The notes under the pieces are model-generated. The model was not told the DNA's origin, made no database searches, and saw only the letters and a list, made by a program, of their open reading frames with translations. From Escherichia phage vB_EcoM-UFV11: DNA of 64,000 nt. The position numbers and the translations under genes were made by a program. Within the stretch, counting starts at the first letter, position 1; each line of letters opens with the position of its first letter. Location: sequence record OP555982.1. One strand, written 5' to 3'. Below are positions 10,818 to 19,367 of the stretch, in pieces.

Positions 10818-11573
10818 TTATCCTCGGATAAGTTTAAAAATTGAACAATTTAGCGGGTATCCTCTTTTCAGTTTAAGTTTATCAATAAAAGACAAGTTTT
10901 GATACCGCTCTACACCTTGAATAATTTTATCACACATATCATATTGCATTTCTGCTTCTGACAACTTTTTCACAATTTTCCAATCCGAGCCTTTAAGAAG
11001 AACGTTCAGTTTAACAACTTCAGCGCCTTCTGCTATGCGAGAACCATCAATACGAGCTTTAAGTGCTATAATCCTTAGCTTAATGTCAGAGGTCTGTTTT
11101 GATTTAGAAAGCTGAGAAATGTGTTCAATTCGATTTTCACGCTTTTTCTGTATAGCTTTAATTTGATTATAAGTCTTTTTGATTTTAGCCCATTTCTTTT
11201 CATCTAAATTTAGTTTATGAACTTTTTTCGCAGATGAACGACCAATTCGCAAAGCAAATAAATCACGCTTTTCAATCAACTCTTCTAAAGTATAATCAGA
11301 ACGAAATGTATTATACTTTTTCTTTACTGCAATAACGTTCCCTTTAATGTATCCAACGTTATTATCAAAACGTTCTAATGATAATTTCTCTCCTTCAATA
11401 CGATTATCAAAAGGTTCTCCTGAATAGGCACAAACTTTTTGATCTAAAATGTTCTTAATGTAATTGAAGTCTAAGTTAAAATCTTTAGAACGTCTTTTTG
11501 CAGATGCCTGAGTGTGCTCTAAACGACGTTTAATTTTACGAATTTGATTATTAGACATATTATGCAGTTTCAT
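10818..11573 (-). CDS. hypothetical basic protein (Srd-like position)
   Basis: 251-aa ORF between dda.1 and modA. Confidence 0.5.
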   Translation of the reverse strand: MKLHNMSNNQIRKIKRRLEHTQASAKRRSKDFNLDFNYIKNILDQKVCAYSGEPFDNRIEGEKLSLERFDNNVGYIKGNVIAVKKKYNTFRSDYTLEELIEKRDLFALRIGRSSAKKVHKLNLDEKKWAKIKKTYNQIKAIQKKRENRIEHISQLSKSKQTSDIKLRIIALKARIDGSRIAEGAEVVKLNVLLKGSDWKIVKKLSEAEMQYDMCDKIIQGVERYQNLSFIDKLKLKRGYPLNCSIFKLIRG

Positions 11574-11602
11574 ATTTTTCTCACATCTTACGGACGGTTG
11601 AC

Positions 11603-11637
11603 TACTATACTATAACATTTTTACCTTAGCTTGTAAA
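11603..11637 (-). promoter_or_regulatory. T4-type early promoter
   Basis: minus strand GTTTACAAGCTAAGGTAAAAATGTTATAGTAT. Confidence 0.5.
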
Positions 11638-11695
11638 CAACTTTATGCAAAAATGCTTTAAAAATTTCATGGTATAATGAATCTAAGTCCTTCCA

Positions 11696-12298
11696 TTATA
11701 GATTAAATCCTTCAAAATCAAGAGTATAGATAGTGTATGTTGAATACTTTTTATACTCATATCTATCTGCAATTCTAAATACACTTCCAGCTGGTATCAT
11801 TACTTCTTGTTCATCTGAAACTAATTCCATATTACGATAACGATGGCTATCCGGAAACTTAAAGTTTGGATTGTATTCTTTACAGCGTAGAGCTTTTATA
11901 GCATACTCCTGGAAATTGAATACCATAGGAGCTTTGAATTCAAAAATAACCTGTGTGTTATACTCTAAACCAGAAGCAAAATGTAGAGCTATATTTTTAT
12001 CATATGAAGCTGATACGACTTTATCAAATGTAATAATATCAATTCCTTGATTTAACACCTGCTTAGTCTCAGCTGGAACACCTCTCCAAAGAGGTTTATC
12101 GTTTGGAACCAAACGAGATTTGATTATTTCATTTAACCAAGTATGGTCATCTGGTTTGTTGGTAATACAATGAATTAAAAGTTCAATTTCAGATAAATTA
12201 AACCCTTCAGAAAGTAATTCTTCACGAATAGAAGCACGCACCGATGCATCCATTGATTTTATTTTAAAATCTTTTAGTTGCATTACTGAGTATTTCAT
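11696..12298 (-). CDS. modA: ADP-ribosyltransferase ModA (200 aa)
   Basis: 200-aa ORF MKYSVMQLKDFKIKSMDASVRAS; T4 order. Confidence 0.8.
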   Translation of the reverse strand: MKYSVMQLKDFKIKSMDASVRASIREELLSEGFNLSEIELLIHCITNKPDDHTWLNEIIKSRLVPNDKPLWRGVPAETKQVLNQGIDIITFDKVVSASYDKNIALHFASGLEYNTQVIFEFKAPMVFNFQEYAIKALRCKEYNPNFKFPDSHRYRNMELVSDEQEVMIPAGSVFRIADRYEYKKYSTYTIYTLDFEGFNL

Positions 12299-12918
12299 TC
12301 AACTACCTCAATATCATAAACTTTAAATGTTCCAAATGAATCGTGTAATTTTTCTTTTGAAATAGAAGTTATTCTATACTTTCCAATTGGAATCATCCAT
12401 TCTTGTTCACGCACAATCATCATTAAGTTATCAGTACGCTCTGAATCTAACCCATCAGTATCTTCATATGTATACTTAAACTCAGTATTAGGAGAAGAAA
12501 GTATAATATCGCTGATATGGTCAGAGTAATTAAAAGCTTTATCAGTTTTTAAGCGAAGTATTGTTTCAGTGAAATATTCAGCATAAGAAAAAGAACACGC
12601 TGTATGCAAACTAGTAGTAAATGAATCTACCCTGTTCGTTGAAAACACTTCTCCAACTTGTAAATCTTTAATGAGTTCTTTTGTCGATTTTGATATACCA
12701 CGATATAATTGATAAGGCGATTTAGTTAAATGCTTTTTAATGATTTTATTCAACTGTCTGTGAAGAGCTTCATTCTTTTTGGCTTCCATACATTGCCAAA
12801 GAATTGACTGTTCAAAGTCAGTAAATTTTTCACAGACCTTTTTATACATATCATATTGAAAATCAACGCTTTCGGCTTTTATAGATAACTGTTCAACATC
12901 TGCAAGATTAATAATCAT
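12295..12918 (-). CDS. modB: ADP-ribosyltransferase ModB (207 aa)
   Basis: 207-aa ORF adjacent to and similar in architecture to modA; SD GGAGG. Confidence 0.75.
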   Translation of the reverse strand: MIINLADVEQLSIKAESVDFQYDMYKKVCEKFTDFEQSILWQCMEAKKNEALHRQLNKIIKKHLTKSPYQLYRGISKSTKELIKDLQVGEVFSTNRVDSFTTSLHTACSFSYAEYFTETILRLKTDKAFNYSDHISDIILSSPNTEFKYTYEDTDGLDSERTDNLMMIVREQEWMIPIGKYRITSISKEKLHDSFGTFKVYDIEVVE

Positions 12919-12944
12919 GATAGCCTCCGTATACTTCAGAAGCT

Positions 12945-12975
12945 ATCATATCATCGTTAGAAAGGAAAGTAAACA
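12945..12975 (-). promoter_or_regulatory. T4-type early promoter
   Basis: minus strand GTTTAC ... TATGAT upstream of modB. Confidence 0.45.
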
Positions 12976-12985
12976 ACTTTTTGAA

Positions 12986-13168
12986 TTATTTTGCCCAGGG
13001 AGCCCAAGGCGGAGGGTCAAGATGGTATGAAGCTAGTTCTTCTAGAAGAGCATCTGGGGCTTCAATTCCATAATTCTGTAATACTATACGGTACTCTTTC
13101 TTATAATCACTAGAATCATTCTGGATATTCGTAGAATGATTATCTTCTAACATCTCAAATAAATCCAT
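12986..13168 (-). CDS. hypothetical protein
   Basis: 60-aa ORF. Confidence 0.45.
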   Translation of the reverse strand: MDLFEMLEDNHSTNIQNDSSDYKKEYRIVLQNYGIEAPDALLEELASYHLDPPPWAPWAK

Positions 13169-13176
13169 ACTAATTC

Positions 13177-13647
13177 CTAGCGATAAAAACCAAATTGACG
13201 ATTAGCTTCAATAATCTTTCTTTCTTCTTCGGACATTCTCCAGCGTAGTCCAACATCAAAATGAGCCCAGACCATCTTAACAAATGCATTTATATCTTTA
13301 ATATCTTCAATAATGAATGTTTTACTTTTAGAAGGTTGACTCGCTAATTTAACTTTATCGTCTTCAAACAGGTCAAAAAGACTATATTCATGAGCTCTTT
13401 TATAGCCTTTAATAGTTAAAGCTTCGGAAGAAGAAAACGGCGAATCAGTATTCTGCAAAATATCTTCAGTATGCTTTATAATTAGAATAACATTTTCTGG
13501 ATATTTTCTTTCTTTTATATCTTTAATTAAAATATCCGGATTTTCTGCTAAAGGAATAATTAATGAGCACTTTTTATCAAGTGTATTTACTGATTTACCT
13601 TCTTTAGACATAAATTCTATTGAATAATGTTTTGCTACTTCAATCAT
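13177..13647 (-). CDS. hypothetical protein
   Basis: 156-aa ORF. Confidence 0.55.
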
Positions 13648-13800
13648 GTGATTTCCTTTTGCCTACTAATGGACCGTCAGGAATTTTATTTTCCTGAATG
13701 TATTTCTCATTTTCTTCCATCATTTTACTGCCAATTTTAAGAAGCAAATCCATTGCTTCATTTGCTTTAGCCTTGGCCTCTTCCAGCGTCATATCTTTGT

Positions 13801-14004
13801 TCATGATTTATCACCATAGATGTCTCTCATCAATTTAAGCGCTGAGCGTTCTAATTTCTTTTCTTTCTCAGCACTAATCATTGATTTCATCCATTCTTCT
13901 GATTCGTTCTGCATTTCTTTATTTGCTTGTTCAACCCAACCATCATCAATATACATTGAGTTTGGTCTATTAAACCATTCAAGAATCTTCTTGAGAGCTT
14001 TCAT
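13801..14004 (-). CDS. hypothetical protein
   Basis: 67-aa ORF. Confidence 0.45.
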
Positions 14005-14464
14005 TTATTTTACCTAAAACAATAGTATGGACACCGTCAAATTTATGAATTTTTAGCAAATTAGGATTTAAATTATTCCATAAAGAGGTAATAAAATATG
14101 ATAGCGCACTTTCGTCCGTAATTATAAATTTATTTCCCTTATCAATTTTCCAGTCATATATTGAATCATATGAATAGAAGGATAACGGTTTATTGTTATA
14201 GTATGCTTTAGCAACATCAATATAGTTAGATTTAGTAAATGCTTGAATTGCCATAAATGGAGAATTTTGTACAGTTTCAATAATTCCGATCTTTTTAAGT
14301 TTTATTTCAACATCTTCTGGAACTGGCATTGAAATAAAATCTTCTACTAGATACATGTTATTGTCATATCTTTTATCAATCATTACTGCTACGGTAATTG
14401 GAACATCCTTGACAAACGCCATACTAATACTATTGATAGACATTTCAAACAAAATCGCTTCCAT
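13979..14464 (-). CDS. hypothetical protein
   Basis: start moved to ATG at 14464 with SD GAGGA 4 nt upstream. Confidence 0.5.
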   Translation of the reverse strand: MEAILFEMSINSISMAFVKDVPITVAVMIDKRYDNNMYLVEDFISMPVPEDVEIKLKKIGIIETVQNSPFMAIQAFTKSNYIDVAKAYYNNKPLSFYSYDSIYDWKIDKGNKFIITDESALSYFITSLWNNLNPNLLKIHKFDGVHTIVLGKINESSQEDS

Positions 14465-14472
14465 AATTTTCC

Positions 14473-14814
14473 TCAATCGCAAGATGTAGATGAACAACTA
14501 GAATCACAAGAACTTCCACATGAATCGCCCGTCCATACATGAACAGGAACATTAGTATCATATGAATCAGAACTAGACTGTGTATTCTGTGCATTAGATG
14601 ATGTAGTAGGTGTTGACCAGCGCCAAGGATTTTTATAATATTCTTGGGCTTCTTCATAAGTCATAGTAACTGCTTCTACTGTTCCATCTCCCATATAAAC
14701 ATATTCAACTACAGTTAAAGGAAGATAGTCATTTGAAATAGGAACTACACCTTCTCCGGGAGTTGTAGAGAAAAAATCTGTAAAGAAATTTTTAAACCAA
14801 TTAAAGATAAACAT
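14473..14814 (-). CDS. hypothetical protein with Ser/Cys-rich C-terminal tail
   Basis: 113-aa ORF ending [18 protein letters not shown]. Confidence 0.5.
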   Translation of the reverse strand: MFIFNWFKNFFTDFFSTTPGEGVVPISNDYLPLTVVEYVYMGDGTVEAVTMTYEEAQEYYKNPWRWSTPTTSSNAQNTQSSSDSYDTNVPVHVWTGDSCGSSCDSSCSSTSCD

Positions 14815-15020
14815 TACAAAAAGCCTCTTTTGAATTCGACTTGTTTATCGCCATAATCATATCGAATCTCTGCGTTAAATTCAACAGAACCATCTGCGTA
14901 CATCATAAATGAATGCACAACAACTTCTGTAGACCATGGTTGCAATTCATATTTCTTCATTACATGCCGTGAAATGATAATATCTAAATCTTCATTTGGT
15001 TTAATCCAACGATTTAACAT
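14814..15020 (-). CDS. hypothetical protein
   Basis: 68-aa ORF, SD AGAGGAG, downstream of early promoter. Confidence 0.5.
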   Translation of the reverse strand: MLNRWIKPNEDLDIIISRHVMKKYELQPWSTEVVVHSFMMYADGSVEFNAEIRYDYGDKQVEFKRGFL

Positions 15021-15046
15021 AGTGCTCTCCTCTATAAGATAATTCT

Positions 15047-15076
15047 ATTATACCATACTCATTTTGGAAAGTAAAC
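15047..15076 (-). promoter_or_regulatory. T4-type early promoter
   Basis: minus strand GTTTACTTTCCAAAATGAGTATGGTATAAT. Confidence 0.6.
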
Positions 15077-15090
15077 CGGTAAAATGAAAA

Positions 15091-15112
15091 AAGGACTCCC
15101 GAAGGAGTCCTT
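15091..15112 (-). terminator. hairpin terminator GGACUCC-UUCG-GGAGUCC plus U-run
   Basis: perfect 7-bp stem with UUCG loop after soc. Confidence 0.6.
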
Positions 15113-15118
15113 GAATTA

Positions 15119-15355
15119 TTAACCACCTATTTCTGTGGGTGTAAACATTGCAGCATTCTTAGTTTTCCAGTCAGCTGCATCAGAAACTACAGTAGAATAT
15201 GCCGCCTTTTCAGAAGGAAAGGTCTGATAATGAGAATCTGCAATACGATGCTCGTTAGAATAAATTTCAAACGGAACAGAAACTTCCATACCTTTAACTT
15301 CTTTGCCTTCACCTGTTGGATGAGTAAAGGTCTTGATGTTAACGAAACCACCCAT
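15119..15355 (-). CDS. soc: small outer capsid protein Soc
   Basis: 78-aa ORF with HYQTFPSEKAAYSTV motif; late promoter upstream. Confidence 0.8.
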   Translation of the reverse strand: MGGFVNIKTFTHPTGEGKEVKGMEVSVPFEIYSNEHRIADSHYQTFPSEKAAYSTVVSDAADWKTKNAAMFTPTEIGG

Positions 15356-15386
15356 AATAAACTCCTTTATTGTTTAATTACAGGTG

Positions 15387-15394
15387 TATTTATA
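15387..15394 (-). promoter_or_regulatory. T4 late promoter TATAAATA
   Basis: exact TATAAATA on minus strand ~32 nt upstream of soc ATG. Confidence 0.6.
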
Positions 15395-15536
15395 ACTTAC
15401 AATTTAGCGGCTTTCCAGAGTTGTTCAATAATCTCTTGGTCTATTTCTTTAGTTATTTCATTACGTAATAAAGCAGTAAGGGCTTTCGCCCTTTTCTTAT
15501 TCAACTTTTTGAGTTGGCGTTTATTTAAACGGGACA

Positions 15537-16055
15537 TTAATAACCTCGGTCTTGACGTGCGAAATTTTCAGCATTTTTCAGATAATAAAGTTTAAAGATT
15601 TCTTCTGCTGTAAGACCAAGACCCTGGAACATATTCAGAACGAAATGAAGAATATCAATCATTTCAAATTTAATTTCTAACTGGTCTTGTGGAGACAAAT
15701 CAGTAATCAGAGTTTCACGACGTTCACCATGCTGCGACTTCCAAGGTTTCCATACAGCAGATGCGTCTTTTTCACCATTACTCATACCACCAAGAGAAGT
15801 CAGAAGTTCACGGAATTCATCGTCAATATAATCTTTCTGATTACGCAACCAATCAACAACTTCACCGGCAGTAGCTAAGTCATCAGGATGACGATTATAT
15901 TCAGGTTTATCTTTAGCTAAACGAACCTGCAAAGATTTCTGCATATCAAGCATTACCTGCAGCGGGTCTTTTTCATCGCCGAGAATATCCCAATATTCAT
16001 TTTGAGCTTTATCAGCGCCTTCAATCAGTTGTGAACATTCGTTAAAGTAAGCCAT
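15537..16055 (-). CDS. 56: dCTPase/dUTPase gp56 (172 aa)
   Basis: ORF track begins at upstream GTG; ATG at 16053-16055 gives MAYFNECSQLIEGADKAQNEYWDILGD, T4 gp56-like. Confidence 0.85.
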   Translation of the reverse strand: MAYFNECSQLIEGADKAQNEYWDILGDEKDPLQVMLDMQKSLQVRLAKDKPEYNRHPDDLATAGEVVDWLRNQKDYIDDEFRELLTSLGGMSNGEKDASAVWKPWKSQHGERRETLITDLSPQDQLEIKFEMIDILHFVLNMFQGLGLTAEEIFKLYYLKNAENFARQDRGY

Positions 16056-16126
16056 TATTTTTCCTTTCAATTCATGGGTTAGTAGATTAATTATACAATA
16101 AATATATAAAGCAATAAGGAGGACAT

Positions 16127-16327
16127 ATGGTACAAAAATTAATGGCACTTGTTAATGCCATCAAAGGTAATAAGAAACGTATAGCTTTTACTATTTCTGC
16201 TATGGTAGGAATTTTACTCTGGAACTTTATTTTATCACCAATTGCAATTGCGCATGGTGTTAATATTCCAGTAGTTACTCTTGATACATTCGTAGATCTA
16301 GCATTTGCTTTAGTTGGGTTGATTTAA
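16127..16327 (+). CDS. hypothetical small membrane protein (plus strand)
   Basis: 66-aa hydrophobic ORF; strong SD AAGGAGG 5 nt before ATG; between 56 and 61. Confidence 0.5.
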   Translation: MVQKLMALVNAIKGNKKRIAFTISAMVGILLWNFILSPIAIAHGVNIPVVTLDTFVDLAFALVGLI

Positions 16328-17352
16328 ATCTTAGCATATTTAGATAGCCGCATTTTAGCCATCAACCCCTGGGCAATATTATTTTTCATATATTCCATAA
16401 TTTGTTCAGGGGTTGCACCTTCCTTTCTAATCATATCATTAACATCTTTAGATTTCCAGGGAGATTTATCCCAAAACATAACCCTTTCTCCTGCATCAAC
16501 TAATTTAGTCATTCGTTTGATAGTGTCAGGGTGACGAGGTTCATTATCTAAAACCCACACTCGTCTATCTTTAAATGGAACAATTTCTAGGTCTAATTGA
16601 CCACCCGTAATAGCTATACCATTTTCAATAAAAAGTGAATCTATAGGTCCTTCTAGAACATATACATCGCCATCTTTAACTCGTTCGACTCCATAGATTT
16701 TTGTTGCCTCAGGATAAGCTTTAATGGTGATATATTTTTGAGGAGCATTTTTCTTTAATGCACGCCCTTGAAACGACTCGGCTTTTCCGTTAGCATTATA
16801 AATTGGAATAACAAGACGAGGCTCAGGTATTTCCTTTTTATATGTTCCCGGTGCTATGCTATTAACCAATTTAGGCCATTCGGTTGTAAACCAAAGATAT
16901 TTCCATTTATCCTTTGGAATACAACGAGCTTTTACGTATTTTATAATTGGATGGTCTTCCGCCAGTTTATCTAATCTAACACATGACGGAAGAGATTTAA
17001 TTATTTTCTTCTCAGGTTGTTTAGGAAGTTCTTTAGGTTTTTCTACTGGACGACTTTTACCTTTTTCTTTTCTTATTTCAAAGATATACTCACGATATAA
17101 ATCAGGTTCAAACTCCTTTAAATATATTCCGATTGGTGCGTGATAGTTACAGTTATAACAATGAATATTTCCTTCATTATTATCACCATAATACCATCCA
17201 CGAGCTTTATTCTGGTCGGTTTTTGAATCTCCACAAACGGGGCATCTAAACCGCAATTTAAAAGTTGAACTATTATTTACTTGTGTGAATTTAGGTAAAT
17301 GAGCCAATGCACGATACGCAAACTCATTATCAATCCAAGGTATTGATGACAT
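16324..17352 (-). CDS. 61: DNA primase gp61 (342 aa)
   Basis: 342-aa ORF; zinc-ribbon CPVCGDSK...CYNCNYH and TOPRIM-like region. Confidence 0.93.
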   Translation of the reverse strand: MSSIPWIDNEFAYRALAHLPKFTQVNNSSTFKLRFRCPVCGDSKTDQNKARGWYYGDNNEGNIHCYNCNYHAPIGIYLKEFEPDLYREYIFEIRKEKGKSRPVEKPKELPKQPEKKIIKSLPSCVRLDKLAEDHPIIKYVKARCIPKDKWKYLWFTTEWPKLVNSIAPGTYKKEIPEPRLVIPIYNANGKAESFQGRALKKNAPQKYITIKAYPEATKIYGVERVKDGDVYVLEGPIDSLFIENGIAITGGQLDLEIVPFKDRRVWVLDNEPRHPDTIKRMTKLVDAGERVMFWDKSPWKSKDVNDMIRKEGATPEQIMEYMKNNIAQGLMAKMRLSKYAKI

Positions 17353-17354
17353 TT

Positions 17355-17519
17355 TTACTCTTCTTTTTCTTTAGATTCCTCTTTTTTCTTTTTAGGAATC
17401 TGTTCAGGACCTTTATTTACTACAGCACCTGATGTTGTTCCAGTAGAGATATTTTCAGGATTACCACCTGAATCTCCAGCAACCATATCTTCTTTAATAA
17501 ATTCTTTATATGTTTTCAT
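17355..17519 (-). CDS. small protein with internal-protein-like N-terminus MKTYKEFIKE
   Basis: 55-aa ORF, Lys/Glu-rich tail, stop 3 nt before gene 61 ATG. Confidence 0.45.
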   Translation of the reverse strand: MKTYKEFIKEDMVAGDSGGNPENISTGTTSGAVVNKGPEQIPKKKKEESKEKEE

Positions 17520-17520
17520 A

Positions 17521-17877
17521 TTAACCTCTATTCATAAAAGCATTAAAAATTTGGTCATCAATCGATGGAATAGCAACTTTTTCTGCATCATTTAGCAAAT
17601 CATTAATTTCATCAGATAGCATAACACATGTACCTTTATTTCCTGTAATTGTTACTGCACAATTACGAACGTTTTCTTTATTAAATTTTAGGTTAATATT
17701 TTCGTAATGAAAATCCTTTAATGCTGAATATATTTTTAAAATAAAATTGTCTTTTACTACAATAAACCCAACCTCACTATTAAAACGTGGTTCATGGAAA
17801 CTGTAATAAACCTTTTCATCTATAAAATCGTATGAAATTTTTTCCATTTTTAAATATGAAAATTCAGAACTATACAT
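17521..17877 (-). CDS. hypothetical protein, paralog of 17879-18520
   Basis: 118-aa ORF; C-terminus SIDDQIFNAFMNRG shared with neighbour. Confidence 0.55.
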   Translation of the reverse strand: MYSSEFSYLKMEKISYDFIDEKVYYSFHEPRFNSEVGFIVVKDNFILKIYSALKDFHYENINLKFNKENVRNCAVTITGNKGTCVMLSDEINDLLNDAEKVAIPSIDDQIFNAFMNRG

Positions 17878-17878
17878 A

Positions 17879-18520
17879 TTAACCTTTATTCATAAAAGCA
17901 TTAAAAATTTGATCGTCAATAGAAACTTTTACTTTAGGATGTTCTTCAAACGGTAATTCATATCCACATATTACAATTTTGTGATCGATACCAAAATACA
18001 CAGAAGCAATATGATTAATATTATTTTCAGTGAAATCTAAATCAACATCAATATCTTTTTGACTAACGCTCAAAGGATAATTAATACGAATAATTCGATT
18101 ATCTTTAACAAAGATTCCACCGACATACTCTGTGTTGCGTTTAAAGTTTACACGTTTCCTAAATGAAAAATATTCAGGTTCTTTATGAGCCCGACTCATA
18201 GGACACAATGAGTAGCTAGAATAAGAGATGTCAAATCCTACACCTTCAATATGAGCCAACGTGTCATGATTAAACCAATTATAATCATACGCCAAATCCA
18301 TTATATTGTAATATGTGAAAGGCACCGGATTAACATCATATATTGTACCTTTAAAATCTGCCCAGGCAACGATTTCATTATCTTTAACAATTACAAAAAT
18401 TGTGCCAATAAGATATCCACGGTTATTTTCATCAGGCGTTATATTATAACATTGTGCATCAGGAAATTTACCGTATTTAAACGGTGGATTTTTGTGCATA
18501 TAATAAATCATATTATTCAC
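17879..18520 (-). CDS. hypothetical protein
   Basis: 213-aa ORF; C-terminus VSIDDQIFNAFMNKG. Confidence 0.55.
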   Translation of the reverse strand: MNNMIYYMHKNPPFKYGKFPDAQCYNITPDENNRGYLIGTIFVIVKDNEIVAWADFKGTIYDVNPVPFTYYNIMDLAYDYNWFNHDTLAHIEGVGFDISYSSYSLCPMSRAHKEPEYFSFRKRVNFKRNTEYVGGIFVKDNRIIRINYPLSVSQKDIDVDLDFTENNINHIASVYFGIDHKIVICGYELPFEEHPKVKVSIDDQIFNAFMNKG

Positions 18521-18806
18521 CTGTGATTTCGGTTACGATATCTTTGTTATCAAAATTAGGGTCACAATACAAAACATAGTTATACTGCATCACACCACCT
18601 GATTTAAGCTGTTTTTGTACTTCAACTTTCATATTGGGACGATCACGCTCAACGATATTCATAATATCCGCTTCAATTTGAGTTTCAACTTCAGTCTGAT
18701 CTGCAGTCATAGACCATTCACACAAATCTTTATCATAACCTGCCATAGCAGGCTGAGCAGCACAAGAAGCTAAAGCAAAAATTGCAGCAAAGATAAATTT
18801 TTTCAT
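18513..18806 (-). CDS. sp: Spackle periplasmic protein Sp (97 aa)
   Basis: 97-aa ORF with signal peptide MKKFIFAAIFALASCAAQPAMA. Confidence 0.75.
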   Translation of the reverse strand: MKKFIFAAIFALASCAAQPAMAGYDKDLCEWSMTADQTEVETQIEADIMNIVERDRPNMKVEVQKQLKSGGVMQYNYVLYCDPNFDNKDIVTEITGE

Positions 18807-18832
18807 GATAATCTCCTCAGTAGTTTATGTTT

Positions 18833-18864
18833 ATATAGTATCTCAATTTCCAACAAAAGTAAAC
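18833..18864 (-). promoter_or_regulatory. T4-type early promoter
   Basis: minus strand GTTTAC ... TACTATATAA upstream of sp. Confidence 0.45.
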
Positions 18865-18866
18865 AG

Positions 18867-19124
18867 CTATTTTAAAACTTCTGCATAATCACATGTTACA
18901 AACTGTTTCTCTAACTTGACGATTTTACGAAAATACCTTTTACACTGACGAATCTGTCGCTTCGTAGGACGTACAGCAAACTTAATAAATTCCACTCGAC
19001 CAAATGGAGGACTTTCTTCTGCTGGAATATCTAGCACCAATTCCCACGTATCTGCAATAAGTGCTTTGAATTGCGTATTTTTCCTGACGTTATACGGAGT
19101 AGGTTTAAATAAAACAATATGCAT
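18867..19124 (-). CDS. hypothetical protein
   Basis: start moved to ATG at 19124 with SD GAGGA; avoids overlap with dmd. Confidence 0.5.
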   Translation of the reverse strand: MHIVLFKPTPYNVRKNTQFKALIADTWELVLDIPAEESPPFGRVEFIKFAVRPTKRQIRQCKRYFRKIVKLEKQFVTCDYAEVLK

Positions 19125-19125
19125 A

Positions 19126-19308
19126 TTATCCTCGGCAATCCACTTCGCACACTTTCTTGTCATCAATGAAAGCTTCAACTAATGCTTTATTAACTTCAGC
19201 ATATTGAGTAGTAGCCCATTGAACGTCATCTTTCATCATTGTGGTTTCTTTAGTAAACATGCTTTCATTCTTAAACCACCCCATAAAAACTACCTTTACC
19301 AATTCCAT
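19126..19308 (-). CDS. dmd: Dmd, discriminator of mRNA degradation (60 aa)
   Basis: 60-aa ORF MELVKVVFMGWFKNESMFTKE; T4 order. Confidence 0.8.
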   Translation of the reverse strand: MELVKVVFMGWFKNESMFTKETTMMKDDVQWATTQYAEVNKALVEAFIDDKKVCEVDCRG

Positions 19309-19337
19309 AACAATCTCCTCATTTAACCAACAAAACT

Positions 19338-19367
19338 ACTATACCATAGTCTTGTCAGCTTGTAAAC
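19338..19367 (-). promoter_or_regulatory. T4-type early promoter
   Basis: minus strand GTTTACAAGCTGACAAGACTATGGTATAGT. Confidence 0.5.

Noticed and set aside
14445-14657. 70-aa His-rich ORF
   Set aside because: Out-of-frame overlap embedded in the 14473-14814 gene; low complexity
15230-15595. 121-aa plus-strand ORF spanning the soc-56 junction
   Set aside because: Overlaps soc, the soc late promoter and the start of gene 56 on the other strand; no RBS
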